Part shown: in pieces, positions 26,192 through 40,054 of the stretch
Position numbering within the stretch: position 1 is the stretch's first letter
Layout: each line of letters opens with the position of its first letter
Origin: Vicugna vicugna
Lineage: Eukaryota
Length of the DNA: 64,000 nucleotides
Direction: 5' to 3'
Assembly (NCBI GenBank): GCA_013265495.1
Contig: MU058433.1
Span: forward strand, 222,820 to 286,819
Program-made: the position numbers and the translations under genes
The notes under the pieces: generated by a model
What the model was told of the DNA's origin: nothing
The model's database searches: none
What the model saw: the letters and a program-made list of their open reading frames with translations, nothing else

Positions 26192-29100
26192 ATTAAAGGA
26201 AGTAAAAGGTGGAATTAGTGACAGATTTTTTTTATGCAATAAGATATAACAGATGGAGATTCTGAATGCATATGAATTGTTTATGATATTTTCAGAAATA
26301 CAGATTTGGGTCCTTTAACCATGCTTGAAGGCAGAAATGTTGTGGGAGGCTGTAAAATGGAAAATTGGGAAGTTTCTCCAATTCTCAGATTCCCATCATG
26401 ATTATGAATATCTACGTTACTTCCCTAACAAAAGTACTCTTTAGTTTAGCATTTGTATAAGTCAGGTATGAGTCATCCCCGTGATAAGAAGAAACAGGGC
26501 AATAGGTAGGTAATACTCCTCAACCTTGGTCAGAACACTCTTCCTTTTTACCTGCCCTCCCCTTGTTCTCAAAGGAGAGTCCAATTTTTCTTAGTTCATT
26601 TCTAGAGAGACTTAGTTTTGACTGTATTTCATCCATTTTAGATAGCAACACTTGCCTGGAGGAGCCCACTGTCATAAGGAGAGAAAAACATGGGTTTTAA
26701 AGATTTAGAAATACTAGTGAAACAACACACTTATTGTCTACAGGATTTGGGAAACAGATATTCATGTGCTAACGTTACTATTCCATTATATCTATCCACA
26801 TTCATGGCATAATGTTAGTTAATTTTCCTTGCAAGAAAATAAATTATGATGTATTGAAATCATTTTAAATTTGCTTTGGAAAATGTCTTATTTATTTTGT
26901 GGTTAATACTAATTACCTTGGCATACACATGGCTCTCTGACAGTGTTGCAAATGTATTGACAATGGTATTTAATTATTATGTAACAAGAAAGTTTTGGTT
27001 ATTAAAAAATATATCTATAAAAAGAAAACAGAAGAGATATAAACAGCATATCTTTCTGATATTTAGGAAAGATATTCTTCAGAATACAGCAAAGGTAAAT
27101 CAGCAATATATTGTCTGTTTTACAGTTATGGAACCTAATACTTTTCCTGATTTCTCTATTGTTCAAATGTATTAAGAAAGAGAAATGAGTAGTGTTACCA
27201 TTTTCTTCAACAATTTATGACAATTTAGTATACACTAGCCAAATATTTATCAAAAGCCAATTTCAAGGTCTATTTTATTTCAATGGTAATTTTATATATA
27301 TGCATAAATATACAGACATATATACATATCTGTGATTTTATAGCATTTTTATTGCTTTTAATAGCATCTGTGAAAGTAATCTGAAAATGTAATCTTGTAT
27401 TCAAAGATAGTATCCTTTTACAAGCCTGACAGAAAAAAAGTTGATGGTAATTTTGGTACTTGTGGAAACACAAATCATATTATAAATCCATAGTATTCTT
27501 TATTTCCAAAGTAAAAATTGTAAGGCTTTTGTTAGCCTTGTGATTAATAGTTTAAAGCAACACCAATGACACTAAGATAAGAATTTGAAGATCAGCTAAT
27601 AAGCTGTGATATGATTTAAGAAATTGCCAAATTTTTAAAACTGCAAATGTGAACAAAGTAAGCAAGAGAATTTATTTCAGTATTTCCTAATGTTTTGGTT
27701 GTGGAGAATCTTTGCCAAACTGTTAAAATGGAGTAGTTTGGTAGAGCCAGCTAGCCTTCTTTTGTTTATCAAAAGTGATCTTGATCCAGTGTTTTCTTGC
27801 TTTTATTTCTGCATTGTCTGAAATTAGTATTTCCTCTCAATTTTTTGGATGTGTTTCTGTTATTTTGGTGGTGTTTTGTTTACCATAAAAACCTTTGTGC
27901 CTACTTTGAATATTATCTTCTTTCTGATAAAATATACGTATTTTTAAAAAAAAATCACTTTAAAGCCAATTTGTTCTATAGATTACATAATTGATCTTTT
28001 TCCAAACCAATATATTTATTTTGCCTACCACACTATTTTTCTGCTTTCTTGAGGTTTATTTTGTTCTCTCTATTTTATAGTGACTCTTTTATGTTTTCCA
28101 AGTAATAATGTTCAGACTATAGTGTTTAGTTTAATAATGCCTGAAGTCAAGTATAAAAAGTGTAATTCATTCATTTGTTAATTCACTTAAAAATATTTAT
28201 TGACATCTAATATATACTGATTTCTATACACAGCAGGTATAAAATAAAACCTGTCTTAATATTAAGGGTTTTATTAAATTGTGGATGATTTGAGAATTTA
28301 ATTAAATTTTCATAATATCATAATGTTAAACTAGTGGAAAAAATAATTTCATCAATAAATTCTTTCCTGACTAAAAGCTTGGTATTTTGCTGATTATATT
28401 ATACTGAGTCTTTTTAGAGGCTGGCTCTCTAAACTGTCCAAGAGAGCTGAATCTTCCTGAAAAATATTGTGCCAGAGGCTATTCTGGTTGAGGGAGGGGG
28501 AGTTCAAAAAAGGAGAGAAGAGTGCAAATTCGCAGAGCTAAAAATAGCTGTATGATTTGAGTAGAAAAAGCAAACGGCAAGAGAGAACGCTGCTCTGCCT
28601 ATTTTGGTTTGCTGGAAATTTAAGCATGCCTCAGATCTAAGAGCAATTGCTCATATCTCTTAGAAACTTTTCCTCAAAATTTAGTTAGTTGTCATTTCTA
28701 TCTTCTGGAGTTAAAAAAACTAGGGAACGATTTGGTATCTCTGATATATCTTCCATTTTTAACAATATTACTTTCCTTTTATGGTGACTGGAAGTTTATT
28801 CTGGGAAGATACTTCAACGAGTCCTATGAATGCACATATATCAGGTGTGACAAAGGCCAAAGATGAAACATCATTAAATATGTGAAAATTGAGTCCAATA
28901 TTCATATTTAAGTGTGAGATCCTCAATATCCTTCTGCTACTTAACTCCAAGATCACTGGCAGCCTGTCACATAAGCCGCCAGGACGTAGATTAATGGATT
29001 TTTTTTTCCTGGAAAAATGGAAAATCCCTGAGGAAAAACAAAAAAAAAACTATGAACCTGATGACTAAGAATGTTTTCAATGAAACCGAGATTCCTACTT

Positions 29101-30160
29101 GAGCAAAGTAAATGCTATCAATTGATCAGACTCACTCATCACTGGAGATTAGAATCAGAAACTCTATAGCCTCTTTCTTAAGTGTAAATTAATAGTCAGG
29201 ATTACCATACATTTGAGGGACACCTCCAAAGTAAAAGACAACAAAAAATTATAAAAATAAAAATTGAGACTTAGACAATATGGAAATAATTAATATGAAG
29301 CACATATATGTATATATACTCATGTATAACATACATGTATATTATGCATAAATATAAGTGTTGTCAGATTCACAAAATTCAGAGAAAATAAGATCTTGTA
29401 CATTTGTAATGTTAGACAACAACAACAAAATGCCAAGATATTTGGAAGATATAGTTGAGGAACTTTCTAGAAAATGGACCCAAAAATAAATTGATACAAC
29501 ATAAGAAAATTTTTAAACAAGAAGAAAAGATATAAAATTCAGAACTGTATCTGGTATATAGTAAACATGAGTAAGAACCCTTAATTAAGAATAAGAGCAG
29601 TATTAACTACATCCTAACCATACCTGTTGTGTCTTTGGTGAGGCAATCAATGAGCTTTTCCTTAAGATAACTCCCAAAGGGAGATATGTATAGTAATTGA
29701 CATTTAAATAAGATATTATAAAAAAGTTAATCAGAAAGATCATAACATAGTTACACTTATTAAAATTTATAAGATTTATCTATTTTGAGATTTTTATTTA
29801 TATTTTATAAGGATTTTTTCCTTTTGCTTAAAATAATGTAGACACAATGTCTGTGATAGTGCTTGGCATGTAGTAGATGATAAATTTATATATTTGTTGA
29901 ATGAGTTGATAAATCAGTGAATTAACAAAGAATACATACTTGGTTTAAACTATGTTAAAATAAGCATTTCCTGGCATTAAAATTTTAGTTCTTTGATTTA
30001 AAATGCAATATTTCACAGAGAGAAGAGAAAGAGAAAGAGAGGGGAACCACAACTGAGATTTTTTTTCTATTTTTTCAAATCTAGGAAGGTCATAAAACAA
30101 AGCAAAACAAAAATAAAACTAAAACTCTGCTATCTTCTCAATGATTATACCAGCCTGATC

Positions 30161-31112
30161 ATGATAATGCTGAATAAAACAGACCTGGACCCACCCTCAT
30201 TTATTCTGAATGGAGTTCCAGGACTGGAAGATATACATGTCTGGATTTCTCTCCCATTCTGCTTCATGTATGCTGTGGCTGTGGTAGGGAACTGCGGACT
30301 CCTCTACCTCGTTTGCTATGAGGACGCCCTGCACAAACCCATGTACTACTTCTTGGCCATGCTTTCTCTCACTGACCTTGTCATGTGCTCTAGTACAATC
30401 CCTAAAGCTCTCTGCATCTTCGGTTTCACCTCAAGGAAATCAGCTTTGTAGAATGCCTGGTTCAGATGTTCTTCATTCACACCTTCACAGGGATGGAGTC
30501 TGGGGTGCTCATGCTGATGGCCCTGGACCGCTATGTGGCCATCTGCTACCCTCTGCGCTACTCAACTATCCTCACCAATCCTGTCATTGCAACCACCTTT
30601 CTAGAGGGGTGCTGCTCATCATTCCCTTCACTTTCCTTACCAAGCATCTGCCCTACTGCAGAGGCAATGTAATTCCCCACACCTACTGCGACCACATGTC
30701 TGTAGCCAAGTTATCCTGTGGAAATATCAAGCTCAATGTTATCTATGGTCTGATGGCTGCCTTTTTGATTGGAGGCTTTGACATCCTGTGCATCACGATC
30801 TCCTACACCAAGATCCTCCGGGCAGTGGTCAGCCTCTCTTCAGCAGAGGCTCGGCAGAAGGCCTTCAGCACCTGCACTGCCCACATTTGTGCCATAGTTT
30901 TCTCCTACAGTCCAGCCTTCTTCTGTTTCTTTTTTAATCGCTTTGGGGGCCACACAATCCCTCCCTCTTGCCACATCATTGTGGCCAATATTTATCTGCT
31001 CCTGCCTCCCACTATGAACCCCATTGTCTATGGGGTGAAAACCAAGCAGATACGAGATTTTGTCATAAGGATCCTTTCAGGTTCTAAGGATACAAAATTC
31101 CACAGCACTTGA
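30161..31112 (+). pseudogene. OR52N4: OR52N4-like copy C, two frameshifts plus a 12-bp deletion
   Basis: Same 1-bp deletion as copy B (after 30421). Relative to B it also lacks AGGCTGGGCTCT after 30592 and one C after 30602. C-terminal OR motifs (KAFSTC, PPTMNPIVYGVKT) run to TGA at 31112. Confidence 0.9.
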
Positions 31113-31494
31113 AAGCGATATTTTCAGGGAAGTAATGAAACAGAAGGGGAAAAAAATAAAGTGATATTTCTATTGGCTCTTTGGTCAGAGTCTAAAAGTG
31201 TCTTTTTAAGAGTACCAGTTTGGTCATGACAAGGGAAAGTGTTGAGTGGGTCATTAAATGTCTTCAGAATGCCCAGATCACTGACATGCCGTCCTCCACT
31301 TGTCACACACATGCACTATGAATTGTCCACCTCCTCACCTCTGTGGAGGACTCATCTCATCATTAACCCAATTTCCTGTGAACAAAACATAGTGGAAAGT
31401 TGTGTAATTATCAAGAGAAATGAATAATTAAGAAAGTGTTATCTGCTGCTGGATACCAGCTTGTCTTGTTTTCAAATAGTATTTGAGATTTTCA

Positions 31495-32870
31495 GTTGAA
31501 ACTTCAACATAACTCTCTCAACATTGATAGGCCCACTATACAGAAAACCTGCAAGACTATAGATAAACCCAATGACACTTCAATAGACAGAATCTAATCC
31601 CCATTTATAAAACAATTTTCACAATACCAGGACATACATTCTTTTTCAAGTGTACATGGAACATACACCTGTAACAAGACCTATCCTGAGCCATAAAAGA
31701 AACCTAAACATTTCAAAAGAATTGAAAGCATATACTGTATATTTTCCAACTACAGCAGAATCAGACAATAAATCAAAAATAAATTTTTTAAAAAGGAAAG
31801 TCTACAAACACTTGGAAACTAAGCAAGACACTTCTAAATAATCCATTAGTCAAAGAAAAAGTCTCAAGGGAAATTAAAAAATACACGGACTAAGTAAAAA
31901 TAAAATTCAATGCATCAAAATTTCTGGGAGCACATTAAAGCATTGTTGAAAGAATAATTTAGAGCCCTCAATACATACATGACAAAAGAGGAAAAATCTC
32001 CAAGCAATAACCTAATCTCCTACCTGAAGAATCTAGAAAAAGAAAGACACTATGACCCCAAAGCAAGGGGAAGAAAGAAAATGATAAAAATAAGAGTATA
32101 ATCAATGACACTGAAAACAGAAAAATGAAGAGGAAATCAATTAAGCATAGATCTTGTTATTTGAAAAGAGCATTAAAATTGGCAAACATCTAGAAATATT
32201 GACAAGGAAAAAAAGAGAAGAAACACATTGGCAATGCCAAGAATGAAAAGGGTATCATATTGGACTCTGAAAACATAAAAGGGTATAAAGGAATACTACA
32301 GACAACCTTAAACAAATAAATTTGGCAACTTAGAAGAAATGAACCAATTCCTCCAAAAACAAAATATCACTACTTACTCAATATGAAAGACGTAATTTGA
32401 AAAGCCCTGTTACTAGTAAGCAAATTGAATTTTTACTTTTAAAAAGTATTCTCCATAGCCTGATATTTTCATTGGAGAATTCTACCAAACGTTTAAAGAA
32501 GAATTAACACCAATCCTATGCAATGTCTGCAAGAAAAATAGGAGAGAATGGAACACTTCATAATTCTTTTTATAAAATTAGTGCTATTCTGATACCAAAA
32601 CTAGAGAAAGACAGAACAGCAACAACAAAAATCTACAAAACAACATTTCTCATGAATATAGATTCAAAAATTCCTATAAAAATATAACAATAAAATTCAA
32701 AAATATATAAAAATTATATACCATTATTAAATCATTAGTCAAGTGGGTTTTATTCTCAGGGTACAAGGCTGCTTCAGTATTCAGTAATCAACTATATTAA
32801 CAGGCTAAATAATAATCACCAGGCTATTATATCAATTGATAAGGAAAAAGGATTTGACAAAATTCAAACT
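31495..32870 (+). mobile_element. L1 ORF2 fragment (endonuclease to start of RT)
   Basis: Degenerate FNITLS..YTFFSSVHGT..FIGEFYQTFKEELTPIL..LIPK..ISIDKEKGFDKIQ. Confidence 0.85.
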
Positions 32871-32874
32871 ATTC

Positions 32875-33950
32875 TTTTTTATCACTGTGGTGAAAAAGGC
32901 AACAAAAAAATTATCATTTAAATAATTTTTAAATTTGCAGTACAGTAGTATTAACTATATGTACATTGATGTATAGCAGATCCCTATAACTTTTATCTTG
33001 CAACACCAACACTATATGTCCATTGAACCACTCCCTCTTTCTTCCTCCTCCCCATCCCTAGCAACCACCATTCTACATCCTGTTTCTAAGAGTTTGACTA
33101 CTTAAAAAATTGTAAGTGTGGTAAATACACACAACATAAAATTTATCATATTAACCATTTTAAGAGTACATTTCAGTACAGTTGAGTATATTTACATTGT
33201 TGTACAACAGAAATCTAGAACTCATTCATCTTACAAAGATGGAACTATACCCAGTGAACAATTCTCCATTCCCCCCTCCTCTCATTACCATGTACCAACA
33301 TTCTACTTTTTGTTTCTATGACTTTGACTATTTCAGATTTCTCATATAAATGGAATTATGCAATGTGTCTTTTTGTTACTGGTTTATTTCACAGAGCATA
33401 ATTTCCTCAAGGTTCATCTATGTTGTGACATATTACAGGATGTCTTTCTTTTTTTTAAAGCTGAATAACATTAGTAGAATGATTTGCCAAAACATAGAAA
33501 GAACCCATATGTCCATCAGCTGCTGAGTAAATGAACAAAATGAAGTATATCCATAAGATGGCTTATTAGTCAGTCATGAAAAGGAATGAAGTACTGGTAC
33601 ATGCTGCAACATATATGTATTTTGAAAACATTATGCTAAGGAAAAAATCCAGACACAAAGTGTATATATTATATAATTCCATTTATATGAAATCTCTAGA
33701 ATAGGTAAATTCATAGAAATATAAAGCAAATTAGTGATTGCAGGGGGCTGAGGAATGGGGCAATCACAAACGACTGTTTAATGTGTAGGGGATTTCTTTT
33801 TGAGGTAGTGGAAAGGTTCTGGAATTATATAGGAATAATGTTTGCACTGCATTGTGAATGTACAAAAAGCTACACAATTGTGCATTTTTAAATGGTTAAA
33901 ATGGTTAATTTTATGTCACGTGAATTTAACTTCAATTTTTTAAAAAGACA
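32875..33950. mobile_element. L1 3'UTR fragments: antisense 32875-33470, sense 33490-33950
   Basis: Antisense GGTTCATCTATGTTG and CCCTAGCAACCACCATTCTAC; sense AAAAGGAATGAAGTACTGGTACATGCTGCAACAT. Confidence 0.75.
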
Positions 33951-34859
33951 ATGATGTTCAAAAATTAGGCTAAAATATTCTTTACATGCATATTTATTGT
34001 TTCATTCCCTTTAAAATAAACTTCACATAAAAACAGGAAAATGGTGAACAAATTGTTAAATACATATGATGAACTTTTATTCAATCACAATAATACTGAA
34101 TAATCCTTGTTAGAATGAGCTGATTATATAAAGTTAATTGAAAATAGCCAAGTTTATGTTAATATGATTAAGGGTTTTGTCAAAACATATATATAGATAT
34201 AGATATATGAAATGTATCATAAGTTACTTCTATATTATACAATTTAAGAATGCTATCTCTATACAAACTTGTTTTTTAAATTAGTCGAAATAGGCATAGC
34301 TTTTATTATTTGAAGGAATATAAAGTTAGAACCATTATTGTGTTTTATTATTGTTAGTCTCACCATCATCATTATTATATCAAGCTTTAGGCATCTAATT
34401 ATCCTTAACTTACTGTGCATGCATAACAAACTTGAACTTTTGCTGTCTTTCTAAAATGCCATAATATTAATTATCCACTTCAGCTGAAAGTAAACTTTTC
34501 GAAACCCAGGACCCATGTTACCTGATTTTGCATAGTTCCCAGCATGATTTGGGGAGTAGTAAGTCTTCAGTGATGTTATTTAGAATGACGAAAAATAAAC
34601 AAATGAAAGAAAAAAATATATGGATGTGTGAATGAGTGAAACACTCTACTTAAGCGTTTTCAATTTGTGTCCCACAAGGCCTTTCTTAGAAACAATACTC
34701 TGCAAAGTCATTCTTTTTCATTTAAAAAGTTTGTATTTATTCTCATCCCTCTTCCATTTATGCATGCTCTCTCACACACAAACATATAGATGCACACATA
34801 TGGAATTATTCACTTATTTATGTGGCATCATATAGGTAGTAAGAACAGAAAGCTTCCAC

Positions 34860-35120
34860 TGGTTTTCACCTTCCAGAGGGGTGAGCTTAATTCCCACAAG
34901 AGCATCTGTGTATCTAATATTCTGAAACATCCCCTTGAGATATATAACACATATTTGTGTCTTTAAATGTTCAATTCCATAGTACAGATCACAAAGGATT
35001 AAGAAGTTGAGGACTGTGCATGTACATGTATTGTAGAATTGTGATTTTTTTTGACCAAAATCCTGAACACTTGGAGCGGACTGCATTCAGCTTACTGTTT
35101 TCCTCACCAGAAACCCAGGT
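34860..35120 (+). promoter_or_regulatory. Putative promoter and non-coding first exon of copy D
   Basis: TCCCCTTGAGA at 34930-34940 and donor CCCAG|GTATT (GT 35119-35120). Acceptor AG at 39342-39343. Confidence 0.55.
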
Positions 35121-38100
35121 ATTAAAGGACATACAAAGTGGAGTACACATAGGAATTGTTTTTATTCTGTAAGCAGTAAAAACTGTGGAGAGTTTTGGAT
35201 GTATATGCAGAGTATTAGATTCTCACAACTTGAGGTTTGACTCCACCTACCCATTGGAAGGCAGAAATGTAAAAAATTTAGTTTTCCTAAAAATGTGTAT
35301 TTCACCACTTCTCAGATTGTAGTTCAGTGTAACTTTCCATTATGACTATGAATATCTAGTTATTTTCCTAAGCAAGTAGAAATCTTTGGTTCTGTTGGAG
35401 TAGAAGTCACCCCCATGACAAGAAGAAATGGGGGCCAGCCAGCTGGAGAACAGTTCTTCATCCTGGTCACAGTACTCTTGTTTCTTACCTGTCCTCCCGT
35501 TCTTCTCAGAATGAGAATCTAATTTACTTGCTTCAGCTCTAGAGGTACCTATTTGTGACTGTATTTCATTTTAGAGAGCAACACCTACTCGGAAAAACCC
35601 ATTGTCATGTTGAGAATAAGAGTTATAAAGTTGAGGACAGCATAGTAAGGAAGCAAACTTCGTATTTGTGGAGCTTGGGAATGAGAATAGATGGCAGACT
35701 ATTTAAAATTGTAATTGATATGTGATGACATTCGTGTATTGATGTTACCATTTATCAATTCATGTATATTGATATACCTGCCCACTCACAGCATAAAATG
35801 AATCAATTTTTTTTTGCAGAAAATTTAAGTATCAAAATTAATTTAAATATAATTTGGAAAAAGTCTAATTTAATTTGTGGTTAATACTTTATTATTTAGT
35901 GCAAGCTTGAATCTTTAAGAGTTTTGCAAATTTATTGAAAATAGAACCTTAACTTCTCATGTAACAATAAAGCCAGTTTCATTAATCGAGACTAGAATTA
36001 TAAAACGGAAACACAAAGGACATAAACGGGATATTTATCTCATATTTAAGAATTACATTCTCAAGAATAGAGCACAAGTAATTTCAGAGTATTTCTTATT
36101 CTCAATTTATGGGCATCTATGCTTTTCCTTTTTTCTCTATTTGCTTCTATTGCCTGGATACATAGAACTGAGTTGATTGTTTAAATGTATTGAGAGGGAT
36201 AAATGAGTAATGATCTTATTTTTCAACAACTTGTGACAATTTGATATATACTGGCCAAATATTTATTGAAAATAATTTCAAAGTCTAATTTTTCCACAGT
36301 AACATATATATATGGTGTATGCATGTTTTTATACATGTATATGCATATGTACATATATATGTGAATTGTTAAAGTTTTGTTGCTTTTAATAATGTCTGTA
36401 AAAATAATTTCAACTTGTTATCCTTTAGTGCAAATACACAGAGATAAAAACAGATATGCAGGTAGAAAATTGAATAAGAATCAGTTTGCTTTCTCTAATT
36501 TATCCACTATTCTAAGCAATATGATTTATCCTTGTATGATGACTAGAATTTTATAGTTGGAAGAAACTTTAGCAAGTCCTATGAATGTGTATATAGCAAG
36601 TGTAACCAAGGCCATGGATAAAGTATTGTTAAATATGTAAGGGTTGAATCAAATACTCATATTTAAGTGTGAGAGCCCCACATTTCTCACCTCCAAGAAC
36701 ACTAGCAATCAGCCATAATTTCCTCTGGTTTGTAAACTGGTAGATCCTTTTCTGGAAAAATTGGAAGTCCCCCAGAAAACACTTATAAAATTGATAACTA
36801 AGGACATCTACAGTGAAGCAAAGAGGCTACTCCAAGAGCCCTCAAAGTAAATGCTATCAGTCAATGAGACTCGCTAATCACCAGCAGATTCAAGTTTCCT
36901 TTCTAAAGACTCTTTATTAATTGTGAATTAATAGTCAAAAGTTACCAGATGGTTGAGAGACACTTCCAAAATAAAAGATAAAAAATAAAGCAAGCTATAA
37001 AAATAAATTGTTAAAATTTAGAAGTTAAGAAAATAATATTCAGGAAACAAAATATTATGTATATAAATGCATTTATAAATGTATAGTATATTCACAATAA
37101 ATGAGAGAAAATAAAATCTTCAAAATTTATAATACTAGAAAACAAAAAATACTAGATATTTGAAAGACATAATTGAAGAACTTTTCTAGAAAGAGGATCA
37201 GTTAAATAGATGCAACTTAAAAAAGAAGGTTTTTTCCTGCTTCTCAATAAATTAAAGTATATTATTTATTTTCTTTGGGTCTTAAAATTAAAAATACTTT
37301 TTGAGTCTCAAATATGTTTTAAGTTGATTTACCCATCATTTAGTTGACAAATACCTAACAAAACTGCACTCTTTGATTACTAAATACCATGATTTGAAAA
37401 TATTCTCGAGTTTGTAGCTCTGTAGTTAAACTCAGAAAATACTGCCGTAGGTGATTTGCCCCTGTTTTTCTTAGTACATTAAGATCATCAATATAGCTAT
37501 TTTTGAAGGTTTTTTAAACTCTCAAAGGAAATACTACTTCTCCCTCAAGTTTTGCTATAAGATTTTAGGATCACTTCAGCATTCTTTGCTTGAAAAAATT
37601 TTTAAGGGGCAAAAAAAGAGAATACATTCAGAAGAACCAATATCTGAGTAAAAGGAGTTGTAGAAAAATAACAAGAAAAAACTTAGAAAGAAATTATCAA
37701 AAGTTGATTTTAAAATGTCCCAAAAGCAAAGATTATAGATTTCCAGTCTCAAAAAGCTTACTGTATTCACAATGACATACACAGGCACACATACACATTT
37801 AGTATGACCATTAAATTGCAAAGCAGAAAAATTCTTAAATATTCTTAAATAGTTCAGAGCCAAAAAACATACAACGAAGAAATGCAAAGGGAAAGTAGCT
37901 CATATACAAAGGATCAAGAATCAGAATGGTCCTCTTAATATCAACACTGGAATCTAGGAGATAATACAGAAATGCCTTAAAAGTTCTGAGGGAAAGTAAG
38001 AGTTAACCTAGAATTTTTGATCCTGCAAAATGATAAAAAGAATAAACCATATTCAGACATTGATACTCTCAAAAACATATTTTCCATGCAGTCAGAAATA

Positions 38101-38699
38101 TAGAAAGAAGAAATATTAGATCCACAAATAGTGTTGCAACACAAACGGTAGATAAAGAGGAATTTCTGGATGAGAATTATGTATCAAACCTAGAAAACAG
38201 TTGTGTTTCAGAGACTTCCCAGAAACTGACAGATGGTGTGGGAAGGACTAGCATTAATAGATTGTGTTTAACTGTCAAGAAATAACAGTAAAAATGTTTT
38301 TCAACTCTAAAAATTAGTTAAAATTTTTGACATATCTACATCAATACTAAGGAAATTATCATCAAAAGGAAAAATATTAAATGAGGAAGAAAATATAATT
38401 GTCATATCATGTGACTTAGCAAGCAGTAAGATAACATAAATTAAACACTAATCAGTCATTCAGAAACTTTAAAGGGAAAAGGAAGAAAAAGCAAGCAGAC
38501 AAATTAGTTAGAAATTCAAAGGTTAATCATTGTTAGTGGAGAGCTGAAATGTGGAAGGTGAACTTCAACAGTCAAAATGATGGAGCTGGATGTTTTTTGT
38601 TTGCATCATTATCCAATGGTACTATTTCTTTCTAACACACAGTTCTCTGTCAAAATTTAGAAAAAATAAATTACAAAGAAGTGGACAGAAAAGGCTCAG

Positions 38700-38880
38700 T
38701 TTTGGTATTGAATGCACAGCAACCCAGGCATAAAGAAGCCTCCTCTACACAGTGCCTCCATTTACTCAATTATAAAGTGCAGGTTAATGAAAAATACTTC
38801 TGGAGCTTGTAGTGAGGATTAATGAGTTAGTATTTGTAAAATTCATAGAACAGTATTTAGTATAGCAGAAATATGACCCA
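38700..38880 (+). mobile_element. MIR SINE remnant
   Basis: GTGCCTCCATTTACTCAATTATAAAGTG..TTGTAGTGAGGATTAATGAGTTAGTATTTGTAAA..AGAACAGT core. Similar weaker remnants lie near 46700-46890, 52030-52220 and 56830-57280. Confidence 0.6.
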
Positions 38881-39351
38881 TTAAAGGTAATAACAACTAT
38901 AAAACATCCTTATCTTGTTTGTTCATTGGAGAGGTGATCTATAAACTTTGTCTTAAGAAAACACTCAAAGGGAGATGTGTATAGCAACTAACATTTAAAT
39001 AAAACATTCAAACAAAAATCTCATTAAGAAGATCACAATATAATTACCTTCTATTATAAAATTATGAGAATTTAATGTATGTCATTTTGTTTCAAAATGA
39101 TGAGGAAACAACATACATTATAGAACTTGGGACATAGTAAGTGCTAAATATGAGTTTTTTGAATGAATTCATACATTAATGAACTAAGAAAAAATACATA
39201 CTCAGTTTTAACTATTTAAGTAAGTATCCTGTCAAATATGTTTGGTTATTTAATATTAAAGTGCCTATTTGACAGAGAGAGAGAAAAACAGAGAGTAGGA
39301 GAGAGAGCACAACTAAAATTTTTCTTTTTTTTTTTTTCTCTAGTCCTGGAG

Positions 39352-39983
39352 TGTTGGAGCCTGCTGACAATCGATCAGGTCCAGAAAACCTGTGCTGCAG
39401 GACTGAGAAAGAAAGACAAGACTAAAAGGTGGGGTTGAGAGGGTCTCACTTTAGCCCGCAAGACGCTAGGTCAAGAGTGGACCACGAGTTTATTTCCAGC
39501 AGTAAATTTATATGATTTTAACCCATTAGCTCATACATTCCTGCATGTAGGCAAAGGTATTGTTTTAGGGTACATTAACAACGTGTACTAAAATCATTAA
39601 CTTGTATATTGTTGCAGACATCATTATTGTTTACAGTTCTCAATAAACTAAGATTAACTGTTCCTGAAACCAAGATCATAAACTAGGGTATTGTTCCTCT
39701 AAGCTAACATCGTGACTCGTGTACTATTATCTCAGGTGATTGTTCTTCAGGCTAAGATCACTAACTTGCGTGCCGATTGTATCTCTCCTTCCAAAGGTCC
39801 TTAGTGACTTAATAGCTCAGGATGTTCCTTCAGGCCTTAATGCACCTGGCACATTCCTCAAAGGGGTGGCGGGACAGAGATTGTCCTTGAGAGATCAACC
39901 TCAGAGCCTGACGCCCTGCACTGTGGGAGTTTAGGCCCAACCTCTGTGCTCGGCAGTCCTCAGGTCATGAGTGGCCCCCCGCA
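39352..39983 (-). mobile_element. Solo LTR of 632 bp, probably ERV2/betaretrovirus-like, relatively young
   Basis: TG..CA termini and a perfect 6-bp TSD CTGGAG (39346-39351 and 39984-39989). The minus strand starts TGCGGGGGGCC and has TATAAA (~39507-39512) then AATAAA (~39490-39495). CpGs are retained. Confidence 0.88.
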
Positions 39984-40054
39984 CTGGAGAATCAGAAAAC
40001 AAAAACTCACAAAAGTCCTGTAAGTTGCTCAATGATTATACCAGCCTGGTCATA

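Noticed and set aside
30318..31112. 264-aa ORF (MRTPCTNP...) as a novel protein; likewise 20920-21396, 4054-4395 and 40185-40508
   Set aside because: These are alternative frames of the OR pseudogenes. The long one exists only because two frameshifts join an off-frame N-terminus to the OR C-terminus.
31495..32870. Active L1 reverse transcriptase
   Set aside because: Many stops and frameshifts, and both ends are truncated.
39971..40054. LTR-derived N-terminal extension of copy D
   Set aside because: It starts at GTG inside an antisense LTR, which is not a credible mammalian start. The homologous ATG is at 40055.
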